Part shown: positions 10,222 through 20,600 of the stretch, one piece after another
How the letters are laid out: each line of letters begins with the position of its first letter
Numbering within the stretch: position 1 is the first letter of the stretch
From: a virus
Virus record (IMG/VR): IMGVR_UViG_3300005077_000003
Location: 96,001 to 160,000 of that record
Reading direction: 5' to 3' (one strand)
Length of the DNA: 64,000 nt
Program-made: the position numbers and the translations under genes
Notes under the pieces: model-generated
What the model was told of the DNA's origin: nothing
What the model saw: the letters and a program-made list of their open reading frames with translations, nothing else
Databases searched by the model: none

Positions 10222-13200
10222 TGGCAGACAAGATCAAAAATATCTATAACGTCGGCCCCGGCTCACCTTATAGAACAGTAAATAAAGCATTAGAAGAAAT
10301 AGCTAATGCTTTATTTGGAGGTGATTTTGAATTACCATCATCACTATTATCAGATGGTGGACAAATTAATATAGTACTAAGAGGCGCTAATAAATTTCTG
10401 CCATTCTCAGTACCAGATAATATGACATCTATTTTAGTAGACTATAATAGATATCTTATTATAAAAAGAGAAGAATATACAACTAGTGGCCAAGTTATAT
10501 CTGATAAGCTTGCAGTAATATCTCCAGATGCTCCAGAGGCAAACTTATTAGATAAAGAATATTTAGTAATAGGATGCGACCTCGGTACTAATAATCCAAA
10601 TATAATATTAAGAGGACTTAGAGTACAAGAGTTTGTGATAGGAGTTAGGTCAGGAACAAACAATAATAACCTGCACATAGACAGATGTTTTATTACTAAT
10701 AACTCCAACGTACAAATATATTGCAGAGATTCTGATAAAGTAACTATTACAAACAATATAGCTGTCGGTGGACAATACGGAGTTGTTGCTACTAATTGCA
10801 AGAGAATTAGATCATACCATAATACGGTATTTCTTGATGGATCAACTGCCTTAGGTGGAGAGATAAAGGCTGGTATGATCCTACAGGGCGAGCGCTTATT
10901 TGGTAATACATCGCCAAGCACATTATATAATAATGGCAATCTAATATATACAATAGGTGCGCCAGCAGTAATATATTATGATGAAGATATAAAACAAGGC
11001 AGACTTATATCTGATTATAATGATATATTTGCTTTAGACGCGCCTTTAGTCCAAGTAAGACAAGACAGTGCTCAACTTCCAGACGAAGCACAGATTATAG
11101 GGAAAGAATTCTATGATCTTCTTTCGTGGACTAAGGAAGCACAAATGTCTAATTTTACTGATGATTATGGTGCTCCAATTGGATTAGATCAACATTCCAT
11201 ATCTGCACATCCAATATTTATAACATCAGTAAATGACATAAGCTATGAGAACGTAAGTATATTAGATCTTACATTACTAAATAACTCGCCATTATTAGGG
11301 AGGGTTCCTTCCTGGTATGATGAAACTATAAATGGTCCATATATCCCAAGTGATTTTAATACGGAGCATATATGGAAAGACTGCTTACTAAATATAAGAG
11401 AAAAACCATTTACTGCAATTGGTGCAAATGATTCACCATCTTTAAACGGATTCTTCGGCGACGATATTTTCACATCTCCACTTGATAGCGCAATAGAAAA
11501 TGATTGTGGAACTGACCCACTAATTAGTGCCGCATCACAACATATTAATATGGCTTTCCCAGAAATACTCCCAGGGTATTTCTATTCACATGAAAGAAAA
11601 TATTATCTATATGCCAACAAAGGAGCATATCAACTTGGCTACCTAATAAAAGCAGAGTTTAAATTACCAGGGTTCCTTGATAAAAATAACTTATCAGTAA
11701 AAGTTAATGGTACAGAAATCCCAGAAAATGATTATGACATTGCTGGTAGAAGATTATATGTATATACAAGAACTAGTGGATTAACTACACTAGATGATGA
11801 AGTACATATAGACGGATATATTAGAAAATGGTCTTCTGGTGGATTAGCATTAGCTCCTGTATACTATAGATATAAATTTAGTGATGCTATAATAAAATAT
11901 ATATTACCAAGTAACTTTGTGCCAAGCGGTCCAGTAGTAATAACTGATGATAGAGTAAACTATAGAGATCCAATAGATGTAGTAAGGAGAGAGTTTAAAG
12001 TAGAGTTTAACGAAGATACACAAGAATCTGAAATAATATTTGGTGGAAATAAGAATTGGATTAAAAATGCCCAGTTTGATATAACAATAGATAATGCTAC
12101 TCCAGCATACTGGATAACCTCAACTGGTTCAAGAGTAGTATTGGCAGAAAGAGACTTTGCTCATATAGGAGATTGGAGTTGCGCACTATTAAATGGTAGT
12201 GGTATAGGTACACTAAAATCTAATTATGTACCAGTAGAAAGCGGTAAGCCATTAACATATTCATGGCATTCTATGTTCCCTTCTGTAAACCAATCATCTA
12301 TAGTTGTAGAAACTGGGATATTAGATGTAGACATAAACTTTTATAAATCAGATTATACGATACTATCTGGATCTGGAGAAAGCTACTCGTTTACATGCGA
12401 ACCAATATCATATCAGTTTACCAGGTTCTATGCTACTCTAGAAGATAGCTCTGGAAATATACCAGACAATATATTTGAATCAGAGTATGCACCACTTGAA
12501 ATGGCTACTGGCATAATGCAGATACCATACAATGCATCATACTCGACTATAAAATTCTCTTCAAGAGATTCTGTTGACTGGGATCCACCAGGATGGATGG
12601 TTGTTGATGCAGTTATGGCTGAGCAATCTAATTATCCAACTGCCTTTATTCAAGAAGAAGATCCTCTGCATATGACCGTAGAGTTTGAAACTTCTACTGG
12701 AAAATTTGTTGATAAGAGAATGAACTTATCACCAATAATAAATGAAAATCCAAACGGATTCCTATATATTTCTGATATGCCCGCATCAATTTGGGGAGGA
12801 CCAGAAACTTTAGAGACCACTACCCTTCATGAATATAGGTGGCCAGAAGGTAGATTATTTGTAATGCCTTGGGCGCGCATGGTAGGGAAAGATAAGTTAA
12901 CACAAAAATCTTATTTCTCTTCTACTCCAACTGAGCCATTAGATATAATAGAAGTATTTAATTATCCCAAGAAAGCATTTCAAGCACATTTATATCCATC
13001 AACAGTAATAGCAGTACAGGGTGATACAAGCGCATATGGTATCAACGTACAAGTTCTTGATGACATAGGCAACCCATACGCTCTTAGGAACTATGTTCTT
13101 TCACTGCACGAACAAAATGATATGTTCCCTGGGTGGCTATCAAAAAGAAAGTTTGGCGCCAAAGAGCAGCTAGGTACAACAGTATATGGACAACTTAATG

Positions 13201-13874
13201 AGCGCGGTACGGCTATAGCATATTATACTCCGCCATCAGCAGAATCAGTTAGGTGGGTTGGTATGACTCCAACACCACTATCAAACACTGATGCACAAAA
13301 TAGTTCTGATACTATATCTTCAATAAAAACAGCATACGCTATTAATCCAGATAACAATGGAAATATAACTATCTTTGGTAAAGATAGTAGATATATAAAG
13401 ATATCTGATGATACCCCAATAACAGGAACATATAGTATCATATCAGACAATAGTACTGGGCCATATGTAACGCTACAATATCCACCGGTATTTGGTACAG
13501 TTTCTATATATGTTGATAACACTAAATACTTTGAAACATATGGTGATCCACAAAATCTAGAATATTTAGTTGATTATGAAAATGCGCAAATAGTATTAAG
13601 TAGATCAACTGATACATTATCAGAAGTATATGTATCATACCTGCCGCGCTATGCATATAAAGATCCAACAGACGATAATACTATTGTGTTTCATCATAAT
13701 AAAATATTTAGCGGATATTCTGGAGCAATAGAAATAGATTATGATGCTCAAATAAGACTTGAAATAAACGCGCACCTACCAATGTCAGGGGAGTTTGTTG
13801 ATAGTTATTATATAGTAGCTCAAAACAGTAAGCTATCATCTGCCTTTAATAACAGCGATGCATTAGAGTTCTAA
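10221..13874 (+). CDS. Virion protein with an N-terminal right-handed parallel beta-helix (pectin-lyase-like) and a CBM-like domain (1217 aa)
   Basis: VGPGSPYRTVNKAL opening, then Asn-ladder strands (IDRCFITNN, VTITNNIAV, RSYHNTV); later KNWIKNAQFD...YW CBM-like start. Confidence 0.6.
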   Translation: MADKIKNIYNVGPGSPYRTVNKALEEIANALFGGDFELPSSLLSDGGQINIVLRGANKFLPFSVPDNMTSILVDYNRYLIIKREEYTTSGQVISDKLAVISPDAPEANLLDKEYLVIGCDLGTNNPNIILRGLRVQEFVIGVRSGTNNNNLHIDRCFITNNSNVQIYCRDSDKVTITNNIAVGGQYGVVATNCKRIRSYHNTVFLDGSTALGGEIKAGMILQGERLFGNTSPSTLYNNGNLIYTIGAPAVIYYDEDIKQGRLISDYNDIFALDAPLVQVRQDSAQLPDEAQIIGKEFYDLLSWTKEAQMSNFTDDYGAPIGLDQHSISAHPIFITSVNDISYENVSILDLTLLNNSPLLGRVPSWYDETINGPYIPSDFNTEHIWKDCLLNIREKPFTAIGANDSPSLNGFFGDDIFTSPLDSAIENDCGTDPLISAASQHINMAFPEILPGYFYSHERKYYLYANKGAYQLGYLIKAEFKLPGFLDKNNLSVKVNGTEIPENDYDIAGRRLYVYTRTSGLTTLDDEVHIDGYIRKWSSGGLALAPVYYRYKFSDAIIKYILPSNFVPSGPVVITDDRVNYRDPIDVVRREFKVEFNEDTQESEIIFGGNKNWIKNAQFDITIDNATPAYWITSTGSRVVLAERDFAHIGDWSCALLNGSGIGTLKSNYVPVESGKPLTYSWHSMFPSVNQSSIVVETGILDVDINFYKSDYTILSGSGESYSFTCEPISYQFTRFYATLEDSSGNIPDNIFESEYAPLEMATGIMQIPYNASYSTIKFSSRDSVDWDPPGWMVVDAVMAEQSNYPTAFIQEEDPLHMTVEFETSTGKFVDKRMNLSPIINENPNGFLYISDMPASIWGGPETLETTTLHEYRWPEGRLFVMPWARMVGKDKLTQKSYFSSTPTEPLDIIEVFNYPKKAFQAHLYPSTVIAVQGDTSAYGINVQVLDDIGNPYALRNYVLSLHEQNDMFPGWLSKRKFGAKEQLGTTVYGQLNERGTAIAYYTPPSAESVRWVGMTPTPLSNTDAQNSSDTISSIKTAYAINPDNNGNITIFGKDSRYIKISDDTPITGTYSIISDNSTGPYVTLQYPPVFGTVSIYVDNTKYFETYGDPQNLEYLVDYENAQIVLSRSTDTLSEVYVSYLPRYAYKDPTDDNTIVFHHNKIFSGYSGAIEIDYDAQIRLEINAHLPMSGEFVDSYYIVAQNSKLSSAFNNSDALEF

Positions 13875-16529
13875 ATGGAACACAAAATAGTAATACTAGA
13901 TATAGAGCACGTAGAATATGCTGGTAGGATTATAATTAGATACCAGCTATTGTGGGATACTGCTAACTATAATTCACCGGGTTGGCTATACATATCAGAT
14001 GGCTGCGGATATAGAGACATATGCAGTAATGAGTGGATGTGCATAGAACCAAATACTCAACACCCACTTCACTCTGATACAATAAAGCAAGCTGGCGTAT
14101 ATTATTTTGTTTGGGATTATCATGGCATAAATGGATTATCTAATGAAGATTTTTCTAGTGAAAGAAGCTTCCTAATACAGCTTGCATTACAAGATAGCGG
14201 CGTAGGCTGGGTAGATCCTTGTATAGAAGATCCAAACCTATCACCATTAGATGGATCACCAGTTACAGGAGATGTAGGTACTCAAGGCAATTGTGGAGAA
14301 GGATATCTAATAGATTTAGATTGGAGAGGTTGTCCAATATGCGTAAAGCAGGATGATCCTCCTGGTACCACAGGAGATTATGCAGGTACGCTCCCACCAA
14401 TTACTGGTACATCTGTGCCACCAGGGCCACCTCCACCTCCTCCAAAGATACCTAAAAACCCATTACCAAAGCCGCCATTTATTACAACTATAACACCAAT
14501 AGATGGTGGAACCATTGGAGCTATAGGCTCAGAAGGCTATGGCGATACTAATGACCAAGGCGGTGGTGGGACAACAGAAACAACTCTACACAGAAACTAT
14601 TTTACAAAACCAACAGTAGGGGATAATTCTAATGGTGGTGGCAATGATAATGATGACAACATTCCCGGAGTTGAGGATATCCCACCAGAAGCTACAAATC
14701 TAGATAGAGGCCTAGTAATTAAATTTGAGTCAGTAGGATCTGATGGATCTCCATTGGGCCATATCCCACCATGGATGGTGCAAAATACTCCAGACGACTC
14801 AGACGGCGATGGCACATACAATATCGGTGTCAGCAAAATAACTACGCCAGCTACCTACTTAGATAGGGGATATTTTGCCGGTAAATCTCCACATATAAAT
14901 AATATTACGAACCTCTATTATAATCAAAGGTATAACCAATATATAATAAACTCCTACGGTAAGAGTAAAATTGCCCCATCAGAAAATGAGGCTAATATAA
15001 CTACTAGGCATTTTAGAACTGCTAGCAATACAATAAATTCTACTGCTAATAAACAAATTGTTAGAAGTAAGTCTATGCCATCTAATGCTATTTCTGTTAG
15101 TAGCATGACCGCAAAAATATCTTCTCCAACAAGCGCCTCATTAGCAAATAGTATTTTAAGACGTACTAGTACAAAAAATAAAATACAAAGAGAAACATTA
15201 GCTTCAGTAAATCAAGCTGATAAATCAGTAGAATCAAGAGCAGCAAAATTTGGAATACACAAAGAAGATGGGGTAATTAACACCAAGCCGGGATCTGCAA
15301 ACAGAAAGCCGACCACCTCTTCTTTTGAAAGAAATATAACAGTAGCAGATAGATCACCAAAAAGATTAGTAAACACAAGAGATAAGGAGAAAGCAGAACT
15401 GTTTAATCTTGTTAGTAACGATAATAGCTTTACTAACTTAAATAGGGTTGGTCTTTCGTGTGTACCAAAGACTGGTCCTGTAGGATCAAACTTTTATGCA
15501 ACTTGTTATGCAATACCACATGACAAAAACAACCTACAAACTTTTACATTATCACTATATATCAAAGACTCCGCAGGTAAAACAGAAAAAGTAGCCTCTA
15601 CTAATTTAGAATCTACAGTAGGTATGGCAAGGAGAATAGCGGCAACTATAGGTACATCCAATTTGTCATCAGGAAGAGCAATAGTATATTTTGTTGCAAA
15701 AGATTCTACTGGGTATCCAATATTTACAAAGGGACAGCCAATATATTTATATCCACCTGGACAAATTGTTGGAATGCCTGATAGGGCCATATCAAATTCT
15801 GGAGTAAGTTCTGGAGGAAGAAACTTTATATCTGGTCTGACAAAAAAAGGCATATCATCATCTATAGATATCCCAATTGGGGGCGGGAATAGCCCCGCAA
15901 GATTATTGGCTGATTTAACCAAAACATCTGGAGTAATTGAATTAGGAGCACAAACAATATCTCTTAGGGGAAGAAAACATCACATACTAAACATATATGA
16001 TGGGTTTGTATCAAACCACACATCATCTACTGGGAAAATACTAAGCGCAGAGCTGTTCGCAGCCAATAGCCTAAATAACTACGGACAAAATATATTTGGT
16101 ACATCTGGCTATGTTTCTAGCGCATTATATCAAGAAGTAGACTATAGCAGATTTAGTGAAGAAAGGGACTTCGTTCTAATTACTATATCAAACACAGAGG
16201 ATACTAAATTAAGTTACGTTACTCTAGAAGTTGGTGGTGATCTAACTCTAAAAGAAACATATATATATTCAACAACAAACAATGGAGATGGGACATATAC
16301 TTTTGTAATGTATACCCCATTTTGCAGCACTGATTTGATAGCCTTCCAAGCTGGCGGAAATAATATAATAAGTTCAGATTCTTCTACTGTTGGTGTAACT
16401 ACAAATACTGGAGGCAAAATTACAAGTCTGACCATAGCACTAGATGACAATGCATGGCTTGCTTTAGCACTAAAAGAACCATCAAATGCCCCATTAGCTA
16501 GTAGAACATTTTTCTTTGAGCAAATATAA
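13875..16529 (+). CDS. Large protein with Cys-rich, poly-Pro, acidic and basic low-complexity segments (884 aa)
   Basis: CGEG...CPIC, then PPGPPPPPPKIPKNPLPKPP, a D/G-rich stretch and an S/T/K/R-rich stretch. Confidence 0.6.
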   Translation: MEHKIVILDIEHVEYAGRIIIRYQLLWDTANYNSPGWLYISDGCGYRDICSNEWMCIEPNTQHPLHSDTIKQAGVYYFVWDYHGINGLSNEDFSSERSFLIQLALQDSGVGWVDPCIEDPNLSPLDGSPVTGDVGTQGNCGEGYLIDLDWRGCPICVKQDDPPGTTGDYAGTLPPITGTSVPPGPPPPPPKIPKNPLPKPPFITTITPIDGGTIGAIGSEGYGDTNDQGGGGTTETTLHRNYFTKPTVGDNSNGGGNDNDDNIPGVEDIPPEATNLDRGLVIKFESVGSDGSPLGHIPPWMVQNTPDDSDGDGTYNIGVSKITTPATYLDRGYFAGKSPHINNITNLYYNQRYNQYIINSYGKSKIAPSENEANITTRHFRTASNTINSTANKQIVRSKSMPSNAISVSSMTAKISSPTSASLANSILRRTSTKNKIQRETLASVNQADKSVESRAAKFGIHKEDGVINTKPGSANRKPTTSSFERNITVADRSPKRLVNTRDKEKAELFNLVSNDNSFTNLNRVGLSCVPKTGPVGSNFYATCYAIPHDKNNLQTFTLSLYIKDSAGKTEKVASTNLESTVGMARRIAATIGTSNLSSGRAIVYFVAKDSTGYPIFTKGQPIYLYPPGQIVGMPDRAISNSGVSSGGRNFISGLTKKGISSSIDIPIGGGNSPARLLADLTKTSGVIELGAQTISLRGRKHHILNIYDGFVSNHTSSTGKILSAELFAANSLNNYGQNIFGTSGYVSSALYQEVDYSRFSEERDFVLITISNTEDTKLSYVTLEVGGDLTLKETYIYSTTNNGDGTYTFVMYTPFCSTDLIAFQAGGNNIISSDSSTVGVTTNTGGKITSLTIALDDNAWLALALKEPSNAPLASRTFFFEQI

Positions 16530-17635
16530 TGGAATGTAATTTCAGAGAACTGGGTACTGATATAATCTATAACGATCTGGATGATCGTGATGATCCAGCA
16601 CTTGCTGTTGGTATTGGCGGCAAAATAGTACCAGAATTAGTAAGCATAAAAGAAGTATGCCAAGATCCAGATAATGTAAATATAGTTTATCTACTCGTCG
16701 ATGTTAACGGAGTATTTAATTATATTCCAAAAGTAACTATATATTATACAGATTTTGAAGATAAAGAACAAGCAGTTGATATATCATCTGGTTTAATATT
16801 AAACTATAAATCTTCTCCAAACTCATTACAAAGTATTCCATTTAGTACAGCTTGTGGGTCGCAAACTATCCTATTAGCATATGATGTAGCTCAATTTATT
16901 CCAAGCTTCCCAACGCTATATAAGTTTACAATTGTACTCAAATTATATGGAGAATTTGATACTTCAAAGTTTGACTTTTTACAAGACTTCCCAGAGCTTG
17001 TTGAAACAGTAAATATATTTAATTCATCCAATCCAAGTGATACAATAGTATTTACTAAGGGCATACAAGCGAAACCATATAAGCTATATTATGACTCTAC
17101 TACTGGAGAACTGAAATTACAGTTCTATACAGTTGGATCAAATAAATGCATATGCAATATAACATGTGTAGACGTAACTTTTGAAGATCAAGACTTAACT
17201 CCATGCGAGGATGAGATACAAGAAGTTGTTGTAAACACAAGTTCATTAGTTGGAGACCCAACATATGTTAATATAGTTATACGAGATTCAATTGGTAATA
17301 TATCAGATTTATCATATCTGATATTATTAGGCGTGACCCCGCTGGCCCCCGGATTATTAAGGAAAGAATCTCCAACTAGAGTAGATGTTGTTCCACATAT
17401 AGCTGCTGATGATTTAGACTATATTGATCCTAAAAAAGTACAGTACCAAATATGGAGATACATAAACAATACTGGTACAGCAAAATTAGTATTGGATTGG
17501 ACCACAAAATCTTTTAAGCAATTCACTGATACAGACATACAGCCAGGCAATACGTATGGCTATGCAATAAGACTTCGCGGCGAATTTAAAGAAGTAAGTA
17601 ACTTCTCTAGTTGGGCTACAGTATATATACCATGA
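16529..17635 (+). CDS. Virion protein with a C-terminal fibronectin type III-like domain (368 aa)
   Basis: YQIWRY...FTDTDIQPGNTYGYAIR...SNFS is an FN3 signature. Confidence 0.65.
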   Translation: MECNFRELGTDIIYNDLDDRDDPALAVGIGGKIVPELVSIKEVCQDPDNVNIVYLLVDVNGVFNYIPKVTIYYTDFEDKEQAVDISSGLILNYKSSPNSLQSIPFSTACGSQTILLAYDVAQFIPSFPTLYKFTIVLKLYGEFDTSKFDFLQDFPELVETVNIFNSSNPSDTIVFTKGIQAKPYKLYYDSTTGELKLQFYTVGSNKCICNITCVDVTFEDQDLTPCEDEIQEVVVNTSSLVGDPTYVNIVIRDSIGNISDLSYLILLGVTPLAPGLLRKESPTRVDVVPHIAADDLDYIDPKKVQYQIWRYINNTGTAKLVLDWTTKSFKQFTDTDIQPGNTYGYAIRLRGEFKEVSNFSSWATVYIP

Positions 17636-20600
17636 CATTTCATCCGCAATACGGACATTGGTCTAGAGAAACCTTTTCAGATTCTGGCGGGGCAATATAT
17701 GAAAACCCCGGAGAGTTTGAAATACGTGGTGGCGTAACCAAGCTTATACCAGTAAATTTTAATACTGGAACTTATTCTTTTAATGCGCCCTGGGACCAAG
17801 TACCTGAATGGCATATTAATTCTACAATGGATTCCAAGTCCATTGTAACAGGAGACTTTTTTATATATACTGGCACAACTACGTCATCCTATGGTAATAT
17901 AGGTACATATTACAATAGTGCATTTTATACTAGCGGTAATCAATCCTGTTTTGTATTAGGTCTTGGTCCAGACGGTTTAGGATCTGGTGTAACAATTGAA
18001 CTTGATACAAGATCTTTATGGGCAGCTCAAAGCGGTAGCTTAACAGGGACTGGAGACTGCGCCTTTTATCCAAGTATAATATTTGCGAGAAATGGTACCG
18101 AACTTAAATATGCGCAAATAGAAATTCGCCCAGATGGTTTAAGGATACCATATATATCAGGTGCCTATATACCAGGAGACTATAACGATGCACTAAGAGC
18201 AATTAGAATAATTAAGAATGGCGACGATATTATACTAATGACTCAAAAGGATGAACAGGTCCTTTATGTTAACGATGGTATGCAAGATTATTCTTCGGCA
18301 ATTCCTAATGTAGAAGACTATATCGCATTTGGTAGTTGGCCACAAGTACAAAGTAATAAATATTATTCTGGAGCAGCAGGAAACGCAAAGTTTATAGATT
18401 TTTATACTTCTCCTAACTCATCTGGCTTTCAAGGTATGGCCTTATGGGATGATGTTAAAATAAATACTGGCTTAGCTGTTTCAATTAGACCAGAAGATTA
18501 CTTCCCGGATTATCCAGGCGGGGATAAGGTTATATACACTGATGAATGGCATCCAAGCAATAGTATAACATCATATCAAAATGCTTTTGTTTCTGTTATA
18601 GGGACAAGTGGAGGTAGAACAAAAGTAGAAGTAGAATATCTTGAACCACTTGGTGATTACGGCGATAAGCAGTGGACTCAATATTCTGAATACTTAAATA
18701 TAACTAGTGGTCATAATGAAACCTATTACTTAGGCTTAACTGACATACCAGTTCAAAGTGATAAATTTGGTAATGCATTAAGATTTAAGATAACTTCTAC
18801 AAAAGCCGCTTTTGATCGTGGCGTTCCACCAGAAGTAGATACTATAACAGTAATAGCAAACAATAATGCAAATGTAGGTATTATAAAACCAAACTGGAAA
18901 ATGTCTGCTCTTCCAAAAGAGCATATAGTATATCCAGACATTATAGCTCACGATAAGTACATACCAAAACCAAGCCCCCAAGATATTTGGTTCTTACATA
19001 ACGAAGATGGTATAGATAATATAGCTTGCAATACCTATATAAGTCAAGCACAAGTAGGATTACTTAGTGGATTAGTTACTGGTACTTTAACAGATTTTGA
19101 TACTGTACCGCAGGGGCTTGTCAAAATAACTGACGGTATATATGGTAATGCATGGAGTAACTTTGGATATAGCGGTGAATATGTAGCAGTATGGGAATCT
19201 ACTAATTCATATTTTACCGGCTCATCCGGCGATGGTGGGATGGCTGAAGGCGAGCTACTTGATATATATTCTATATATCCCACTGGAGCTATGACATTAG
19301 CTTACGGTACCCATTCAGTAAAATATAGTATTTATAAATATAGTGACTTTGATGGTGTAGAACGTAAAGCTCAAAAAGTAAGAGTAATTAACTATAACAA
19401 AGAAACTACAGACTCAAGCTACTATGATACATGGGTTGGAATGCATATTAATAATATGCAAGTTCCTAGCAAAACTGGTACGCAAAGGCAATTTGGTATA
19501 ATAGAAGGCATAATCAAAATACCAAAAGGTCCTGGTGTTACTATTGCTCTTCATGAAGGAGCTACAACTTCAAAAGTTTTCCTTAAAGGATCTGAGTATC
19601 GTACGCCAAAACCATTTGCTTGTGCCACAAAATATTTTAAAACACATACAGGAGAAGGGCAAAACGGTCCCACCTACGCTTCATTTGGAGTATTACCAAG
19701 AAGCACTGGACTCTCAATTCCAAACTACTATGAATACGGAGAATGGACAGAGCCATTTGATAGAGATAGAGTAGACGAGTTTATACTATATAGCGTTACT
19801 GGATATATAGCAGACCACTCATATATTATATATAGTGGTGGTGACGTAACTAACTGGAGAATAGGCGCTGGCATTACTGGTGGCGCTCAAATAGCTCTCA
19901 ACTGGGGTACTGGTTGGGGAGAGTCCGGCACACTAGGTACAGTACAAGAAATAAATGAAAATTTCAATGAACAAGGGTATGTTGTTGATTACGTCCCAGT
20001 AAGGAGAAATTCATTATTGTTCGAAGGCTGGTTCAGGCCATATGGAATTAGAGATCATACCGAAACAGAGCAGCTATTAGCTTCACTAACTGACAACCAT
20101 GCTTCTGCGAGAGGAATGCATGTATACCTATCAAGAGATGGTTCAATAAGAACTACCGTACAAACCGCTACGTGCTATGCATCATTTGGATTAATGGGCG
20201 ACAGCGTAGTTGCGTCACCAGTTACAAATGAACTAAACTCAAAAGAGTATAGAGTTTTATGGGGCAACTGGAATCATATAGGGATATGTACAGAATTTGC
20301 TGCAATAGGAGATGGTAATATAGCATCAAATCAACCTGCTGCACCAATAGATCCATATACTAGAGAAGTATTGCATGGTGCCAGGGCATCAAAAATATAC
20401 TTAACTCTTAATGGCAGAATAGTTGATGAAGTAGATTGTTGTTATGATACATATAGCAAATTAAATTATAATAGTGGAGCATTAGCTGCTGGATATCCTC
20501 CAGTAGATGCAGTAAAAGATTCTTTACCCCCATTAAAAATGTTAGCCGCCAGGACTGGCGCATTTATTTCTACCATTGGGTCTGGAGTATATACAGATTT

